The translations under genes and the position numbers were made by a program. This document shows positions 35,382 to 49,141 of a DNA stretch of 64,000 bases, piece after piece; position 1 is the first letter of the stretch; each line of letters begins with the position of its first letter. Location of the stretch: NCBI RefSeq assembly GCF_964213995.1, contig NC_135803.1, positions 41,354,001-41,418,000 on the forward strand, read 5' to 3'. The notes beneath the pieces were generated by a model that worked only from the letters and a program-made list of their open reading frames with translations, ran no database searches and had not been told where the DNA came from. This stretch comes from Mustelus asterias. Lineage: Eukaryota.

Positions 35382-36139
35382 TACTTGGGCTTATTTTGAA
35401 AAAGGATTGGATTCCCCATACTTCACTTTCCAACACTGACCCCAGGATCAGCCAACTACCTTCTGGGGTTGTGGATTGAACCTACCTGGTCTTCTGGTCT
35501 GCTCCAGAGTGCTCCTTGTCCAATTGGAAACCTCTGTCAATCAGTCTGATTTCCTTCTGGGAAGCCCATCAGGACCACAAGATGCTTGCTGTGGAGTTAT
35601 AGCCCCAGAACATAAAACTCTGCACCTTTGCTGTCCCCAGCCCTCCTTAACCTGCAGCCTATGTAACTTTGATTCCACACCATAGTGCCAGGGACTGGCA
35701 GTCACGTGTCATTGATTGACATGTAGGTAATTAAATGCTGTGGCAAAATTATTGCTTCCTTTGTGAAAAGTGCTGTCAGTTACTGTCAGTCCTTTCTCAT
35801 GCCTGTGTCTAACAATTATAATTAACTGCTTTAATTTTACTGCTTTAATACTGATTAACCTTTCGTCAACCATCTTCATACTGATCCTTGCAGTATCACT
35901 TGCTCAATGTGCAATCTAAACTAAATTAAAACATTTCCCGTCTCTCTTACACAAACTGAAATTTGCCCCAAAGATAGTTCTTCGGCAAATCAGTCGCATG
36001 ATCAGTGTGAAGTTGTCATCACATCAGTGATCATTTCTGCCTTTTTTTTTAGAAAAAGTAATGATTATACTTCCATGTTGCTCAAGTTGAAAAAGAAACT
36101 CTCAGCCAATTTATTGGCAAGTGTATCTATTATTACAAA

Positions 36140-36480
36140 AGTAAAATACTGCATATGTGGAAATCTGAAATAAAGTACAGAAAATGCTGGATATAACCAG
36201 CACGTCCTGCAGCATCTGTGGAGAGGGAAAGGGTGTTATTGTTTCAGGTCCTGACCTTTCATCAGAACTGAGAAGAGTTAGAAATGCAATAGGCGTTGAG
36301 CAGGTGAAAGGAGGCAGGACGGAAGAACTAAAAGAAAGACCCATGGTAGGATGGAAGACAGGAAAGGTGAAATGACAAAAGATTTCATTGGTACAAAGCC
36401 AAAGGGTTTGGTAATGGGACAGGTAAAGAAACAAACGATGTCTCTAGAGGAGATGTAAATGGCAGGATAGCTGTGATCCA
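36140..36480 (-). mobile_element. Penelope-like pLTR (family B related); further PLE fragment ~37700-38280
   Basis: Reverse complement ctgatgaaaggtcaggacctgaaac...ctccacagatgctg...ttcagatttcc. Confidence 0.7.
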
Positions 36481-38925
36481 AATACAAAATGTTAGATCAA
36501 TGTGACTTGAAAAGAAATCCAAAACTTTATATATCAAAATTTTTTTTGCTAATGAACTTTCTGACAAATGGACTTTCTATTGAACTGAAAAGATGGCTGC
36601 TACAAATCAAATGACCACAAAATTGGCCTTTTCTTCTGGAAGTTACCAACAGGAGGTACAATACTAAAAGATTCCTCTCCTCATTATCATGGAATCTCAT
36701 ACTACATTGTAAGGATTTTATAATCATTAAACCAGGAGACTCACAATTCAAACCATGTCATGCCTGCACAGTTGTTAACAGACCCATTTCACACTTTAAA
36801 GTGTCCAGGTCCATTTCAAAAGGAGACCATTGAGTGGCCAATTTACATCTTGATAAGCTTACCCTTCTAGCAGAGTCAGAGGGTCTGCCTAAACAATAGT
36901 TCCCCAGCACAGGCACCTCAATATGCACGGTAACTCTTCCAAAAGTTAATGGCTGGGACATGATCAGTCCTGAAACCAAAAGCCAGTTCCAGACTATAGG
37001 TAACATTCCTTTTGATGTCACTGTGGAGCAAGAAGTTCACATGACTTGAGTGATGACTTTTAAATCTCTACGTTCCGTTGAGAACTGTGAAACCCTCAGG
37101 TGGCTGTTTAACACAAACGCGAAAGAACGCCAGAAGCCCTGGGGCTGAGCAAACAGCCTGCAACCGTCTCTCAACACCTTAAAACCGGTTTTGAAAGTCC
37201 GTAATTGCGATGATCAGCAGTCAGGCCCAAGCAGACGTAAGTGCAGAAATTCCATTGTGCGTCATTCATTTCAAGGACTCTCGTTTTCTCTAAGCAGAAA
37301 CTCACCTGGATTGAACTCGACACTCAGGTCACCCCCCTCTGGACTTTGACTTCCTAAGCACTGGACATCATGTGAACTAATATTCATTTCTGTGGGTCTT
37401 TTATTGTGGTCCCAACCCCACCCCTACCGGGTTTGAATGTGAATAAACTGACAATGTTAGTTAACCATAACTCGAGTTTGCCGCGAGCAATTATTAAATT
37501 GGATCACCCAAACTGAAGGATTAAGGAAACATCACTACTTTAAAAATAATTCAAAACATCTCTGCTTATGGACAGAAGGGGAGAGGCTAAAGAAGTTCAG
37601 TTTCTCTCTCTCTCCTGCCCATTGCAAAACGGAAGAGAAGTGAGGGGGGAAAAGTGCAAGTGTTGCATCCTTAGTGCCATAGAAAAAGAGGAGCTTTGGG
37701 GCGACTGAGGAGTAGACTGGGGTGACATGGAGAAAACAATCGCTTTGAGATGCTGATAGAGAAGGGAAAAGTGTGTGTAGTGATGACATCATGCTTGGGG
37801 TGGCGGAAATGGCAAAGAATTATCCATTGAATATGGACGTTGATGGAGTGGAAAGTGAGCTCAAGGGGAACCATATCGTGATTCTGAGAGGAAGGGGAAG
37901 TGACGAGACCAGAAAGTCATGGAATACAACAGACAAGGACGAGTGCCTTGACAACCATGGCATGTGTCTGTGTGGGTGTGGGGAGGAGAGAGGTGAATCT
38001 TCATTTGAAAAGAAAGGTAGATATATCAGAAGCATGAGTATGGGATGTTCCATTACTGGAAGCATGATGTCAAGAAATGTAGCCATGATAGCTGTGACAA
38101 ATCACTTGACTTACATATTGGTTAAAAGCCTATCCCTTGATATGGAGACAGGAAAGTCAAGGAAGGGGAGGAAAGACTCAGATTTGGGTCTTGTGAAGGT
38201 GACAGAAGGGTGGAAGCAAAGCCAATGAAACTTTACAGTTCAGGGCAAGAGCAAGAAATGGCACTGATGCGGTCAATGTATTATTCCTGCACTATTATTA
38301 TTTTTAAGATTTAAATTTTTCAAGCACATTTAAGCTCTTCACAAAGCGAGACTCATATTGTAAGCAACAAGCCATTCACTACTACAAGGAGAAGCATTCT
38401 TTATTTCATCCATTTGTAGCCAGCTGTGTTTCTGTGATCTGTTGCATGAATGTTGAATAACAGAAATCCATTCAATTCTGAATGGGATAGGAGATAGAAG
38501 AGTACACGAGGCTCAGAGAAGCATCTCAGAGCGACAAATCATTGTGGAATGAGAGTGGAGTACAGAGAAAAGCAATTCCAGAGTTCACCAGAGCTGGATG
38601 AAAACAGAAATAAAACAGTCTGTTTGAGGTACAGCTGAGAAACCTATCCAAAACAATCTTGGGAAATGAAAAGCGGAACTGTGGGAATCAGCATTCAATA
38701 AAATGACATTTAAGAAGGATTTAGATGTACACTTGTGATGCCAAGTCATACAAGGCTATGGGCCAAGTGCTGGAAAATAGGATGAGAATAATTAGGTGGT
38801 TTGTCTTTGACTGGCCTAGACGTGATGGGCCAAAGAGCCTTTTTCTGTGCTGTATATATCTATGACTCCATGACACTATAAAGCGAAGTTGATGTTTTGC
38901 TATCCGGATTCGCAAATAAGATCCT

Positions 38926-39398
38926 GGCCAGACTTCTCCCAAAAAAATTCGAAGTGTTGAATTTGCATGAAAACTGGAGTAACTTACGCTGTTCTTTTCA
39001 GTGGGAGTTCAGACTAGAATCCCCCATACTCTGCACTGCAGAGGCCACGAGCGTGAATATCATTATAAATCAGTGGGCGGGGCCTATTCCCACCCAGGAA
39101 GCTGAAACCAGCGAGCATGTGCAGTGGCCCTGCACTGTCAGCCTCCCAATTGCAGGCTCGCTCGATCGCTGGCCAACCCTGCGACCCCCACAATGCTGCC
39201 CCTCTGACCCCTCCATGGCCTGATCACGGGCCCCCCAACCTTTCCAGGGCCAGTCCCGCCCCGCCCCCTGGAAATCCGGCGCTGGGAGACGCTAGTGGGG
39301 CACAAACTCTCGCACGAATCCCGCACATCACCCCCTGCACAATTCTCCCAGCCCACTGCGCTAAAAAAGTAGCACAGCGGGATTGGAGAATCGCGGCC
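38926..39398. mobile_element. GC-rich TIR element related to 43303-44380
   Basis: ggccagacttctccc / ggagaatcgcggcc ends; shared tgcactgcagagg block. Confidence 0.65.
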
Positions 39399-39910
39399 AC
39401 TTTCTTTTCAATCGTAGAAAAATATAATCAAAAACAATTTGCAATTAAAGTTCTAGGATACAATAGTAATTAATCCGATCATGCAATGCTTATTTTAGTT
39501 CATCGTACAAGACAGAATGGTTTTCTTTTATATTGAATGTTCTGTAAAACCTTTAGTGGATGCTCCCCTAAAATGAAAACATGAAAACTAGAAACATACC
39601 ATTTTGATTTATGGCTAGAATTCTATGCCCCTGGAAGGCTGCGGGAAGGAGCCTAAAATTGGTTGCCATGGCAGTGGCTTTGACCCGCCATCCAGAAGCC
39701 CCCGCTGCGATTTTATCAACGACAGGAGAAGCAACGGGCAGCCCACTAACCTGCAGTCCAACTGAGGTTCCTAAGTGGCCATTTAATGGCTATTTAAGGG
39801 TCTCCCCCTGTTGCAGCTGGGATTTTACCAATGGCAGTGGAGGCAGCACCAATTAGGCTAGTTGTATTAATATGTTTGACCGCATATAGATGATTGATGT
39901 CATTGAATAT

Positions 39911-40430
39911 TGCTGGTAAAAATCATTTTGTTGAAACTTTACATCTTGCACTCATCAGGACAATCACAAGAACACCAATTTATGATTGTCAGTTGTCTCG
40001 TAGTGTGTTGCATTTGCATGTACTGGAAACTACATATATTCATACACAGGGCCCTGTCCTTTGCGGACAGAAAGAACATTTACATACATTGCACCTGTTT
40101 CAGCTAAACAAAGTAAGTGGTCGCCATCTGCTGATTCATTCCCCTGGGCAATGCCTTGACCAATCAGAGTCAAGCTGCCTGGTTTAAATTTCAAACAATG
40201 CTTTACAGTTAATTTTCAATAATCATCACCTGGTGCATCCTTCATGGCAACGCTTCCAACAATCAGAGTCTATTTGCCAACCAATCTGCACCCTCCTCAT
40301 TTAGTATGAAGATGTTGTTTCCCCTACATTGATAATCTTGTGATTGCCCTGATGAGTACAAAATGCAAAGCTTTGACAACATTTCTTTTTTTAGCAACAC
40401 TCAAGCTCTGTACTACCCAATGACTACACA
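39911..40430 (+). mobile_element. PLE-like inverted-repeat element (family C)
   Basis: ~70-bp degenerate inverted arms 39911-39979/40328-40396, each with cctgatgagt. Confidence 0.6.
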
Positions 40431-40600
40431 TGCCATTCTGATGTGCAGTGTCAGAAATGACTATTTTCTGCTATCCTTTAATACATCTGTCATTGGTGAT
40501 TCAGAGGTTGTGTATAATGCTGTGGACTTGTATTTTGGAGAATCACATGTATAACAGATTTTTTAAAAACTCTGAACTGAATATAACTTTATGTGAATCA

Positions 40601-40925
40601 ACAAACAGAAAATTCTAGCAAGACTCAGCAGGCCTGGCAGCATCTTTGGAGGGAGAATCAGAGTTAATGTTTCAAGTCCAATTGTGATTTCTTCAGAGAG
40701 GACTCGAAATGTTGGGTGCGATCTTACCTGCCGGTAACACCATGCTCACACTGGAGAATTTGGCGGCCAGCCAAATTTCTGTTCACTGCGACGTGATGGG
40801 AAAATCCTGCCGACGGGTGTGAACGGTAGTACATTCCGGCTGCTAGCTCTGTTTCCTTTCACACAGAAGCTGCCTGATCTTCTGAGTTTTTCCAGCATTT
40901 TTTGTTTTTATTTCAGATTTCCAGC
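40601..40925. mobile_element. Degenerate family-B PLE fold-back with a MITE inserted (~40714-40840)
   Basis: aaacagaaaattctag...cagcatct arm and reverse arm cagaagctgcc...ttcagatttccagca. Confidence 0.6.
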
Positions 40926-41027
40926 ATTTGACTTCTTATGATACAAAACAAGATTCAGGTTTAATATGGGAATGACCTACTGGCATTAACATAAACAATT
41001 GATATGGCTTATTTGTGTTTCAAACAG

Positions 41028-41226
41028 AGAAGCTGTCAGCAACTTCCTTACAGCCTTGAACTTGCAGAGGAAGAGCCGAAGCACACAATTTTGCCATCAG
41101 TTCATTTCAGGCAGCATCTGGACAGCCGTCAGGATAGCGCTTTCCCTGATGGACCAGCCTGAACTCTTTCAAGCAGCACATGTTGGAGACCTTGACACCT
41201 TATTGAAAGCCTTTAACATGGACTGA
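41028..41226 (+). CDS. PEX5L: PEX5L last coding exon EAVSNFLTALNLQRKS...DLDTLLKAFNMD*
   Basis: caaacag acceptor, phase matches; C-terminus like human EAVSNFLTALSLQRKS...LLRAFNLDP; TGA ends 41226. Confidence 0.97.
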
Positions 41227-42924
41227 CCTGCATTCCATCAAACATTTAAGGTTATACATGATATATAGGATTGGGATTTCCATGTAAATGCTAAGAATGC
41301 TGTACATATCAGGATTTTTACCGTTAATTTTACAGCAGAACTTTCATGGGGGCTACGTGAGCCATTCCTAAATGCTATCCAATGGTTTTGCAGTCATTTT
41401 CGTACGATGAACAAATTGGAATTTATCAAAATTCAATCAATCAGAAATATGTCTCACACAGCCAATTTAAGATACAGTATACCTTTTAGTTGGAAGTATT
41501 TAAAAGCTGAATAGCAGGCATAACAATGTTTCGTACATTTGATAAAGTGTGGTAATGTTACATTTTTCTCATAATTAGAATATCCAAGCTGTGTTTTGAG
41601 TCATTGCAATCTTTACACCATTGTCCATTTTATTCCCTCCACTTGGGAAGCTGGGACGTGATGCACTTTAGTAAAAAGTTCAGTTAAATGTCATCAGAAC
41701 AGCACCTCTCATAACTAAAGGATAGAATTGAAGGTAGGATTCAGTTTAGCTCTAGTTACAATGGATTGAGAAAACGGGCTGAATTTTCTAGCCCTTCCCG
41801 CTGGCGGGATCATTCAGTCTCATTGATGGTAATCCCCCTCCCCCCTCCCCTCCCGTCTCCTCACAACCTCCCCTCCACAGCGGGTTTCTCGGTGACAGAG
41901 AGTGCAAGCCACACAAAGCACCATTAACAACAACCAGACCAGAATATCCCACTGGCAACCAATGGCGGACCTCTACATGCCAGAAAGGTACCCCGGGGGA
42001 TGGGGATTGGAGGGGGGTGGGAAGAAATTCCCATCCGTAATTTCCAAACTATTCTTCTTACATTTAGACCATTGAGGTCTTACCTACATCCAATGTACAG
42101 AACAACAACTCCTCAGTTACAGCAAGATTTGCTACTTAGACAAACCAAACTTCTATAGCATCATCTGCTTTGTTGCAGAAAATGGAATGCCAGATGGACA
42201 GGAGAACTTCAGGAGTTTTCATGTCATCCTTATGCACAGAACGTGTAAATCTTTTTCATTTCAATTTGAGGGATTTAGGCAAGTAATGAAAGGAAATTTA
42301 TTATGTTAATTAGTTTCATCTGCTGATTTCAGTTAATTAAGATTACTTTCTATTTCTATACATCTGTGGCTTTTTACTTCATTTCCCCCCTCTCATCAAA
42401 CTTACATCTTTGCAGCGTCTGTCAGCACAGGTTTTGACAAGCCCATTTATATCCTATGATAATTCTGAAGTGATGAGACACAACCCTTTCTGTGGTAATG
42501 GAAAAAGATGGATAAATGTGAGCCAACAGACAACAAGTAGAGTTAATTATATTCTTGAAAAATACTCTTATTTATAAAAGCAATGTTAATCGAAAGAAGA
42601 TGAAAGGAATACATTTCCACATCAAAATGGATCCATAGAAATTCAATAGAACTTCCTCTCACTGAAAAATACTTTTGTTTCTGTAAAAATGGTATAGATC
42701 CCATTTTTCCCATTTGGGTTATTCTACCCTAAAGAATGCTATATGTTAAAAGTCAACGTTTTGCAGATTAACCTTGCAAAATAAATTTTCTATTGGATCC
42801 AGTTTAGGATGGAATATGAAAGCATTTCACCATTTTATGTTGTTTTAATAATTTTGTGATTGGTTTATTTTCCAGTCTGCATCCATGAATGACTGTTATT
42901 GTTTCCATTTATTTATGTCTTTTC

Positions 42925-42930
42925 AATAAA
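42925..42930 (+). promoter_or_regulatory. Candidate PEX5L polyadenylation signal
   Basis: AATAAA in AT-rich sequence ~1.7 kb after the stop; one of several candidates (another near 45014). Confidence 0.35.
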
Positions 42931-43302
42931 GCCACTGCAAGGTTTACAATATTTTTGCAGCAGGATAAAAATGGCCCGGTATTTAAGCTCAATAGAAATT
43001 GAAACCAAAAGAGTACACAAGAAATATGGGATTGTCTGATTTAAGCAGAAGGTTGTAGCCACCAGATCTACAAGCAAGAGATTCAAAATGGAATACGACC
43101 TGAAGATTTGGGTTTTATCATTTTAAAGAAGGCATGCAAAAGGGAAATTAACTTAATATGTTATAGAGGACGTTTTATTCCAAATACCATGTTCGACATC
43201 AATCATTTTTTTCAGTAATAGTTTGTTCTAGTAGAATTAAAATGCTGCATTGCACTGAATGAATTAGGAGTATGTATATATTCCTCATCATTCAGAAAAT
43301 AT

Positions 43303-44380
43303 GGGGCGATTCTCTCAAAAGTGCTGAATTGGTGAGAAAACTGGTCCAGATCATGACTTTTATCAGTGCAGCTTCAGACCTAAATCTCCCCATTGTTTGC
43401 ACTGCAGAGGTCATAATCGTGAATCTCATTAAAAACCTTTGGGGGGCTATTCGCGCCGGAGGTTGACAGCTCCGAAACTCTGCACACGCGCAGTGGCCCT
43501 GATCTGGCAATCTCCCCATTTGCTGGCCAGCACGATCACTGGCCAGCCTGAGACCCCCACAGTGCTGCCCCTCCAACTCCTCCGCCACCCCCCCCCCACC
43601 CATGGCCCGATCACGGCCCCCACAACAATTCCCGGGCAAGCCCTGACCCCCCCCCCCCCACCCCGGAATGCCCCGATGTCCAGCCCAACCCCCCGAGCAG
43701 TGACAATCCCCCCTCACCCCGCCAGGCCCCCCCCCCCCACCCTGGCAGAGCAACCCCCCCCGCCAGCCCACCCCGATTGCTGCCCTCCCTCCATCCGACC
43801 AATCGCAATGCAGAGTGGCAATGGGACACCCCATCAATCGCTCCTAGGCCCTGCCCCCTTGGCACTGCCCAATGCCCAGTGGGCGGTGCCAAGGTGCCCC
43901 CTTGGCATGGACACTTTGCCCCTTGGGCAGTGCCAGGGGGCACAGGCTGGCACTGCCAGGGTGCCCATGCCCAGGGGGCACCACCCCCTCACCACCCGAC
44001 CCTCTGGGGGGGCCCCGATTGTCCCCTTTTCACTCTGGCAGGGTCTCCCGCTAGTTCTCCGAAAGTAGGGAGCTACTCTAAACCCCGTGGGAATGAAGTA
44101 CTCCTGGCAGGGTGGGAGATGCTATCGGGCCTGGCAAGTTCCGTACCGAGCCCGATAATCACATGCAAAATAGATTTAAAATACATTTTTTAAAAGATTG
44201 AAATGATTTACCTCTCTTCCCGTCGGTTTCCAGCGCGGTCCCGACTGTGACTCTTCTCCGGCTCTGGGAGATGCGCATGCGTCAGGAACGCATGCACAAA
44301 TCCCGCGAAATGGCTGACACGCGATTCACCCGACCGGACCCGCCAGAAAATGTGCAGGTCGCAATGGGAGAATCGTCCCC
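43303..44380. mobile_element. GC-rich non-autonomous TIR element, PIF/Harbinger-like
   Basis: TIR ggggcgattctctc / gggagaatcgtcccc, TAT flanks on both sides, CpG-rich. Confidence 0.78.
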
Positions 44381-47300
44381 TATATTTGCTATAAATATAG
44401 GGAAAGAAAAACATCACTGATCTTGGATAACCTAACTACATTCACATACAAATCTCACCGCATGACTTTGAAAGGCAATTTTCCTTTTGTTCATGTTCCA
44501 TCTATCTTTATTTGACAAGAAGTTTGTTTTTCCTTGAATATGATGTAGTTTACAGCATTTCTGGTGTATTCTGTTAGTGCATAAGGTCTGAGATAAGCAT
44601 CAAAACAATAACTGAGTAGCATGAAATACATCTTGCAATTTGTACTAAAAAAAATCAATAGCTATTTCACGGGACTAGTTAGTATCAGCATAAATATTTT
44701 AGACACAGCAGTAATCAAATGTACATTTTCATTGCTACTAATTGAAAGCTTGGCTAAAGCGTATAAAAAAGTGGTTCTAGTGAACTGTGTTACTGTCACA
44801 TTCCTCACAAATGTTTCCAGCAATACAACCGACCGCAAGGAGCTGCTGGAGCTTCACACCAAATTAACAAAATGGAACACATTTCATGTATTTAAACTTA
44901 TTCTTAAAACAATTTCAAGAATGGTCAACGGGACAGGATGTGACATTAATGGCAGTATATTGCGAACACTTGCATACCTCCGCCGCTACTGCTTATAACA
45001 CATTCATAAAACAAATAAAATGCAATTACTGTACTATGATGTCCACTATTAATTGCACATAAAAAAACTACTTTTATGCATAGTAGGAATTATTTGGTGC
45101 TTTGAGTTGCCCAGCAAGTTTAGGTCAAAACTTTGTTTTTTTACAAAAAAATCATTTTTGACATTTGCATCCAAATATAATAATTTAATCTTTAATATTT
45201 CAAATAGTTATAAACTACCTATGGTTCCATTTGAAAATGGACTAATGCATGAATCTGTCAAAAGCACCAAGGATTACCTTAAATGAACTAATTAGATGAA
45301 TATAATGCTCTACAGCATAGCAAGTACAAAAGGGACAAATATTTCCTCTGCACATGGTGTAGCAAAAAGGATGAACCTATTTTTTAGTAAAGCTTTTATG
45401 ACCTTGCTACACCTAAAGCACAAAGGAAATCTTATCCCTACTCTTTGTTTAAAGCCAATTGTGTTGCATTAATACTTTGCAAATCTGTTTGCCGATATTT
45501 ATAATTGCATTTTGGTAGTGCAATTATACTACCATATAGTATATGGTACTATAATACTATATAGTAAAATATTTATTCAAACATTTTCTGATTCTTAAAA
45601 CCAGGACCACAATCACAGATTATTTTTCGCAATGCCCTTACATTGTTTAACGTGAATTTAGTAGCATGACTGTGCGAGCAGCAATTGGTAACTTTTTTCC
45701 GAAACAATTTGTTTCCATTTGGGAACTATTTGTAAAAAATGAACTGTCTAGTTCTGAGGGACTTTGACTCCATTGTACATTGAGTGATGAAATCACCAGG
45801 ATATGAAATAATTTGCAGGTAACCCAAATGTACAAGTACTCCTCCAGGCTTCCAACTGGCTTTTGCACAATATGAGGACTGCCAGTGTCGCATGTGAGGA
45901 TTTCTGATATGTACAGAACATGAAAGGTTATTTAAATAAAGTCAAATATGCACAAGTTATTTGCTGTCCAGATTCTCTCTATTAAAATACTTACTTTGAA
46001 AAAGGTAACTGCTTTTATAATGGCTCGGCATTCTATTGACTTTCAGTAAGACTAACTGCAAAGCAGGATTATTAAATGCAAATATGTTCAAATAAATCCT
46101 TTTCTCCAACCTACTTGACCACTGCACCCTCCCCTCCCCCACCACCACCACTCCCATACCGCCCCCTGCAAGTACACAAAAAAGAAGAAATGTTATGGGA
46201 TTGGTAAGCTATAGTAGGTTCAAGACTGGGCCTTAGTCAGGCCTACAGTTCAAATGTCTCGAGTCTTACATCAAGCCTTGAATTCACCAGTTAAATCGAG
46301 GCCCAGCCCTCTGGAGCAAGTAAACTTTCCTAAGTCTGAATTCAAGGAGGCGAAGAAAAGACAATGGAAAGGGAAAAAAATCAGTAGAATGGGCAAAAAT
46401 GAATACTGGTCTGAACTGGTCTTGTCTACTTTAAAATGAAGCACCAGTAAAACAGGGAAATAATACTGGTCCCAACTGTTTTTTACCTTCTGGATGGAAA
46501 TCCAGCACAAACCTCACTCCCTAACAGCACCATGGGTGTACCTGCACCACATGGAGAGCAGCAGTTCAAGATGGCTGCTCATCCCCACCCCCTCAAGGGC
46601 AATTAGGTTTGGGCAGTAAATGTTGACTCAAGAACAAATAAATAAGTACAAAAGATGAAAAGGAAGAGATCCCTTATTATGGGGGAATGTTAGAGGGAAC
46701 CGAATGTTTGGTAACAAATGAGCTTTTAAGAAGTTTTCCTAAGTGAAAAGGGAGATAGGGATAGGAAAGTTTAGGGTGGCAATTCTAGTGAGTATGCCAA
46801 GTCACTGAAGGTTACACCACGAATGGGGTGGTCAAAGGGAGGGCATATTGCATAAAATGCCAAACTCAGAGCTGTTACATGTATGTATGTAAGACCAGAA
46901 GAGATTGTAGCCATAAGGTAGAGTGAGTCTATGGAGGGATTTGAATATAGGGATAAAGGGCAGAATTATATGTGTGTTAGGGTATGGAATCTTCTAAAAA
47001 GGACATTGGGTTGAGATCCCAACATCTTCTCACCTACTTCTGGGTTTTACCCAGGTGGGTTTGCAGATGGGCAAGGAACCCCCACTCTTGGAACTGTAAG
47101 GTAAGTATTATTAATATGCAAATAAGTAAGTAACTCCTGTTTTAACTCAGCATTATGGCTTTGAAGGTCATCACATGAACATCCCTAGCTATCAGCAAGT
47201 CACTGGTGTCAACTAGGTGATGCACAGTGGGGCGTGCTTGCCACTGAAATGGGCAGGTTAACTCAGATAATGAGCCACAGCAAAGTCCATTTCTTTAACA

Positions 47301-49141
47301 AACTAGTTCCTGACTCACTCAAAAAGCCTCATGGGATGCGGTTAAACATTTTGAAACAGAGTCCCAATCCATCTGGTACAGGCCATAGGGTTTGTATTCT
47401 GTGAACGTCCCAGGAAGGTAAGTACCTCTTATAGCGCTCCTCATGGCATGGGGGGGGTCATTCTTTTCCACAGAGCTTCCACCACCGTCAACGATGTCCT
47501 CTTTTCCCCTGCTCCCCTGTGCCTGGTTGCAGTCACATGCTGATGTTTCTCCCTTTCAGCCAGTCAATTTTGCCAGGTGCCAGGCAGAAAACAGAAGAAA
47601 AAAAATATTATATTGCAGCCTGCCCGTAAATTTGGTAGGGCCACTCTGTCCCCAGTCAGGCCATGGTTTCCCCAAGCTCCTCAACAACTTCCCAAATCCC
47701 TGTGAACATTGGAGAGTGGAGGTGGGGAGAGGGTGAGTGGGGGTGGGGGATGTATTACAGCTGCTGTCATGTAAGATGCTACTGGGGAATGCAATCTCTG
47801 TGCTGTCCACAGAATGAAAGCTGGGTTTAAATGATGCAAACAGAGTTTTGGGAGAGATGACAAGAAGCTGAAAGATGACCATTGGCTTACACTCCTCTTA
47901 CTCCAGCTCTTATCATAATCACTTCTCCAGGACTACCAAATCCTCAATCAGCAGTGCTGGCGAACTTCAGCACCCTTGGTCCCTCCTCCGATTTTGGATA
48001 AGTTAGGAGCTTGTTTCCAGTGAATTACCACCATGATTCTGGAACCCGCTCCACTGCCACCACATCTTATCCGCTTGTACTGCAACAGCCCAGACATAGT
48101 TCCAGCGTATCACATTAAACATTCTGACTCAGAAATCCCTGACCCCGCTTTGTAGTGCTGAGATGACACATCCAAGTTCTACTGATGCCAGGAATCCCCC
48201 CTCATTCTCCGTCCCAGCCTGCCCACCCTCACTCCACCCCCACCATATACCAAACACCTAATTCTGTCCAAAGCCCTAGTTCTCCTGCTAAATGCTATTA
48301 AACCCCATGGTCTCGCAGGAGTTATTTGATTCAAAGACATCCAAAGATGTGCAGGTTCGGTTGATCGGCCATGCTAAATAGCCCCTAGGTGTCCCAATAT
48401 GTTTAGGTTAGAGGGATTAGCGGGGTAAATACGTCGGGTTACAGGGATAGAACATGTGTAAGATACTCTGTTGGAGAGTCAGTGCAGACTCGATAGTCCA
48501 AATGGCCGCCTTCTGCATTGTAGGGATTCTATGATTCCCAAGAACCTCTTGTGCTGTCAAGCCACAGGACTCCCACTAGTGTTAAAACCCCAGGTAAACT
48601 CTCAATGCTAACAAATTCAAAAGGCTTCCTCCTAGCCTCTTAGATCCCCTGTGTTGCAAAATTACAAGGCCTACATCATGTACCCATAAATGCCACGTAC
48701 CCCCCTCCAACCTGATATTGTCCCTCATCTCGGTGTGTATCCTGTGTTTTAAAATAGTGCAGTTAAAAATTGAGTTTACAAATAAAGGAACTGGTGTAAT
48801 CTCCAATGCAAAGGAATGTCATGACGCATCTGCATAATCACACATCCTTATCCTTACTGAACTGTACTAGTTTATCATAACCTGCTGGTCTCAAAACAGT
48901 CTACAATTAAGTTAGCTTGAATGTGCACTGGTATATTGACAGCAGAGAAAGAGCACCTGTTCTTATATTTCACCACTCCTTTTTGTTTTTGAGTTCCAGC
49001 AATAACAGCCCATCAACTCCATTTCTTTTTATTCTTTCATGGGATCTGTGCATCGCTGGCAAGGCCAGCACTTGTTGCTCATCTCTAATTGCCCTTGAGA
49101 AGGTGGTGGTGAGCTGTGTTCTTGAACCTCTGTGGTCCATG

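Noticed and set aside
2864-41226. Gene identity as PEX5
   Set aside because: [24 protein letters not shown] and EAVSNFLTAL residues plus the USP13 neighbour indicate PEX5L.
43292-44193. Overlapping 110-209 aa ORFs / apparent CpG-island promoter
   Set aside because: Lie in a GC-rich TIR-bounded repeat related to the 32240 and 38926 elements.
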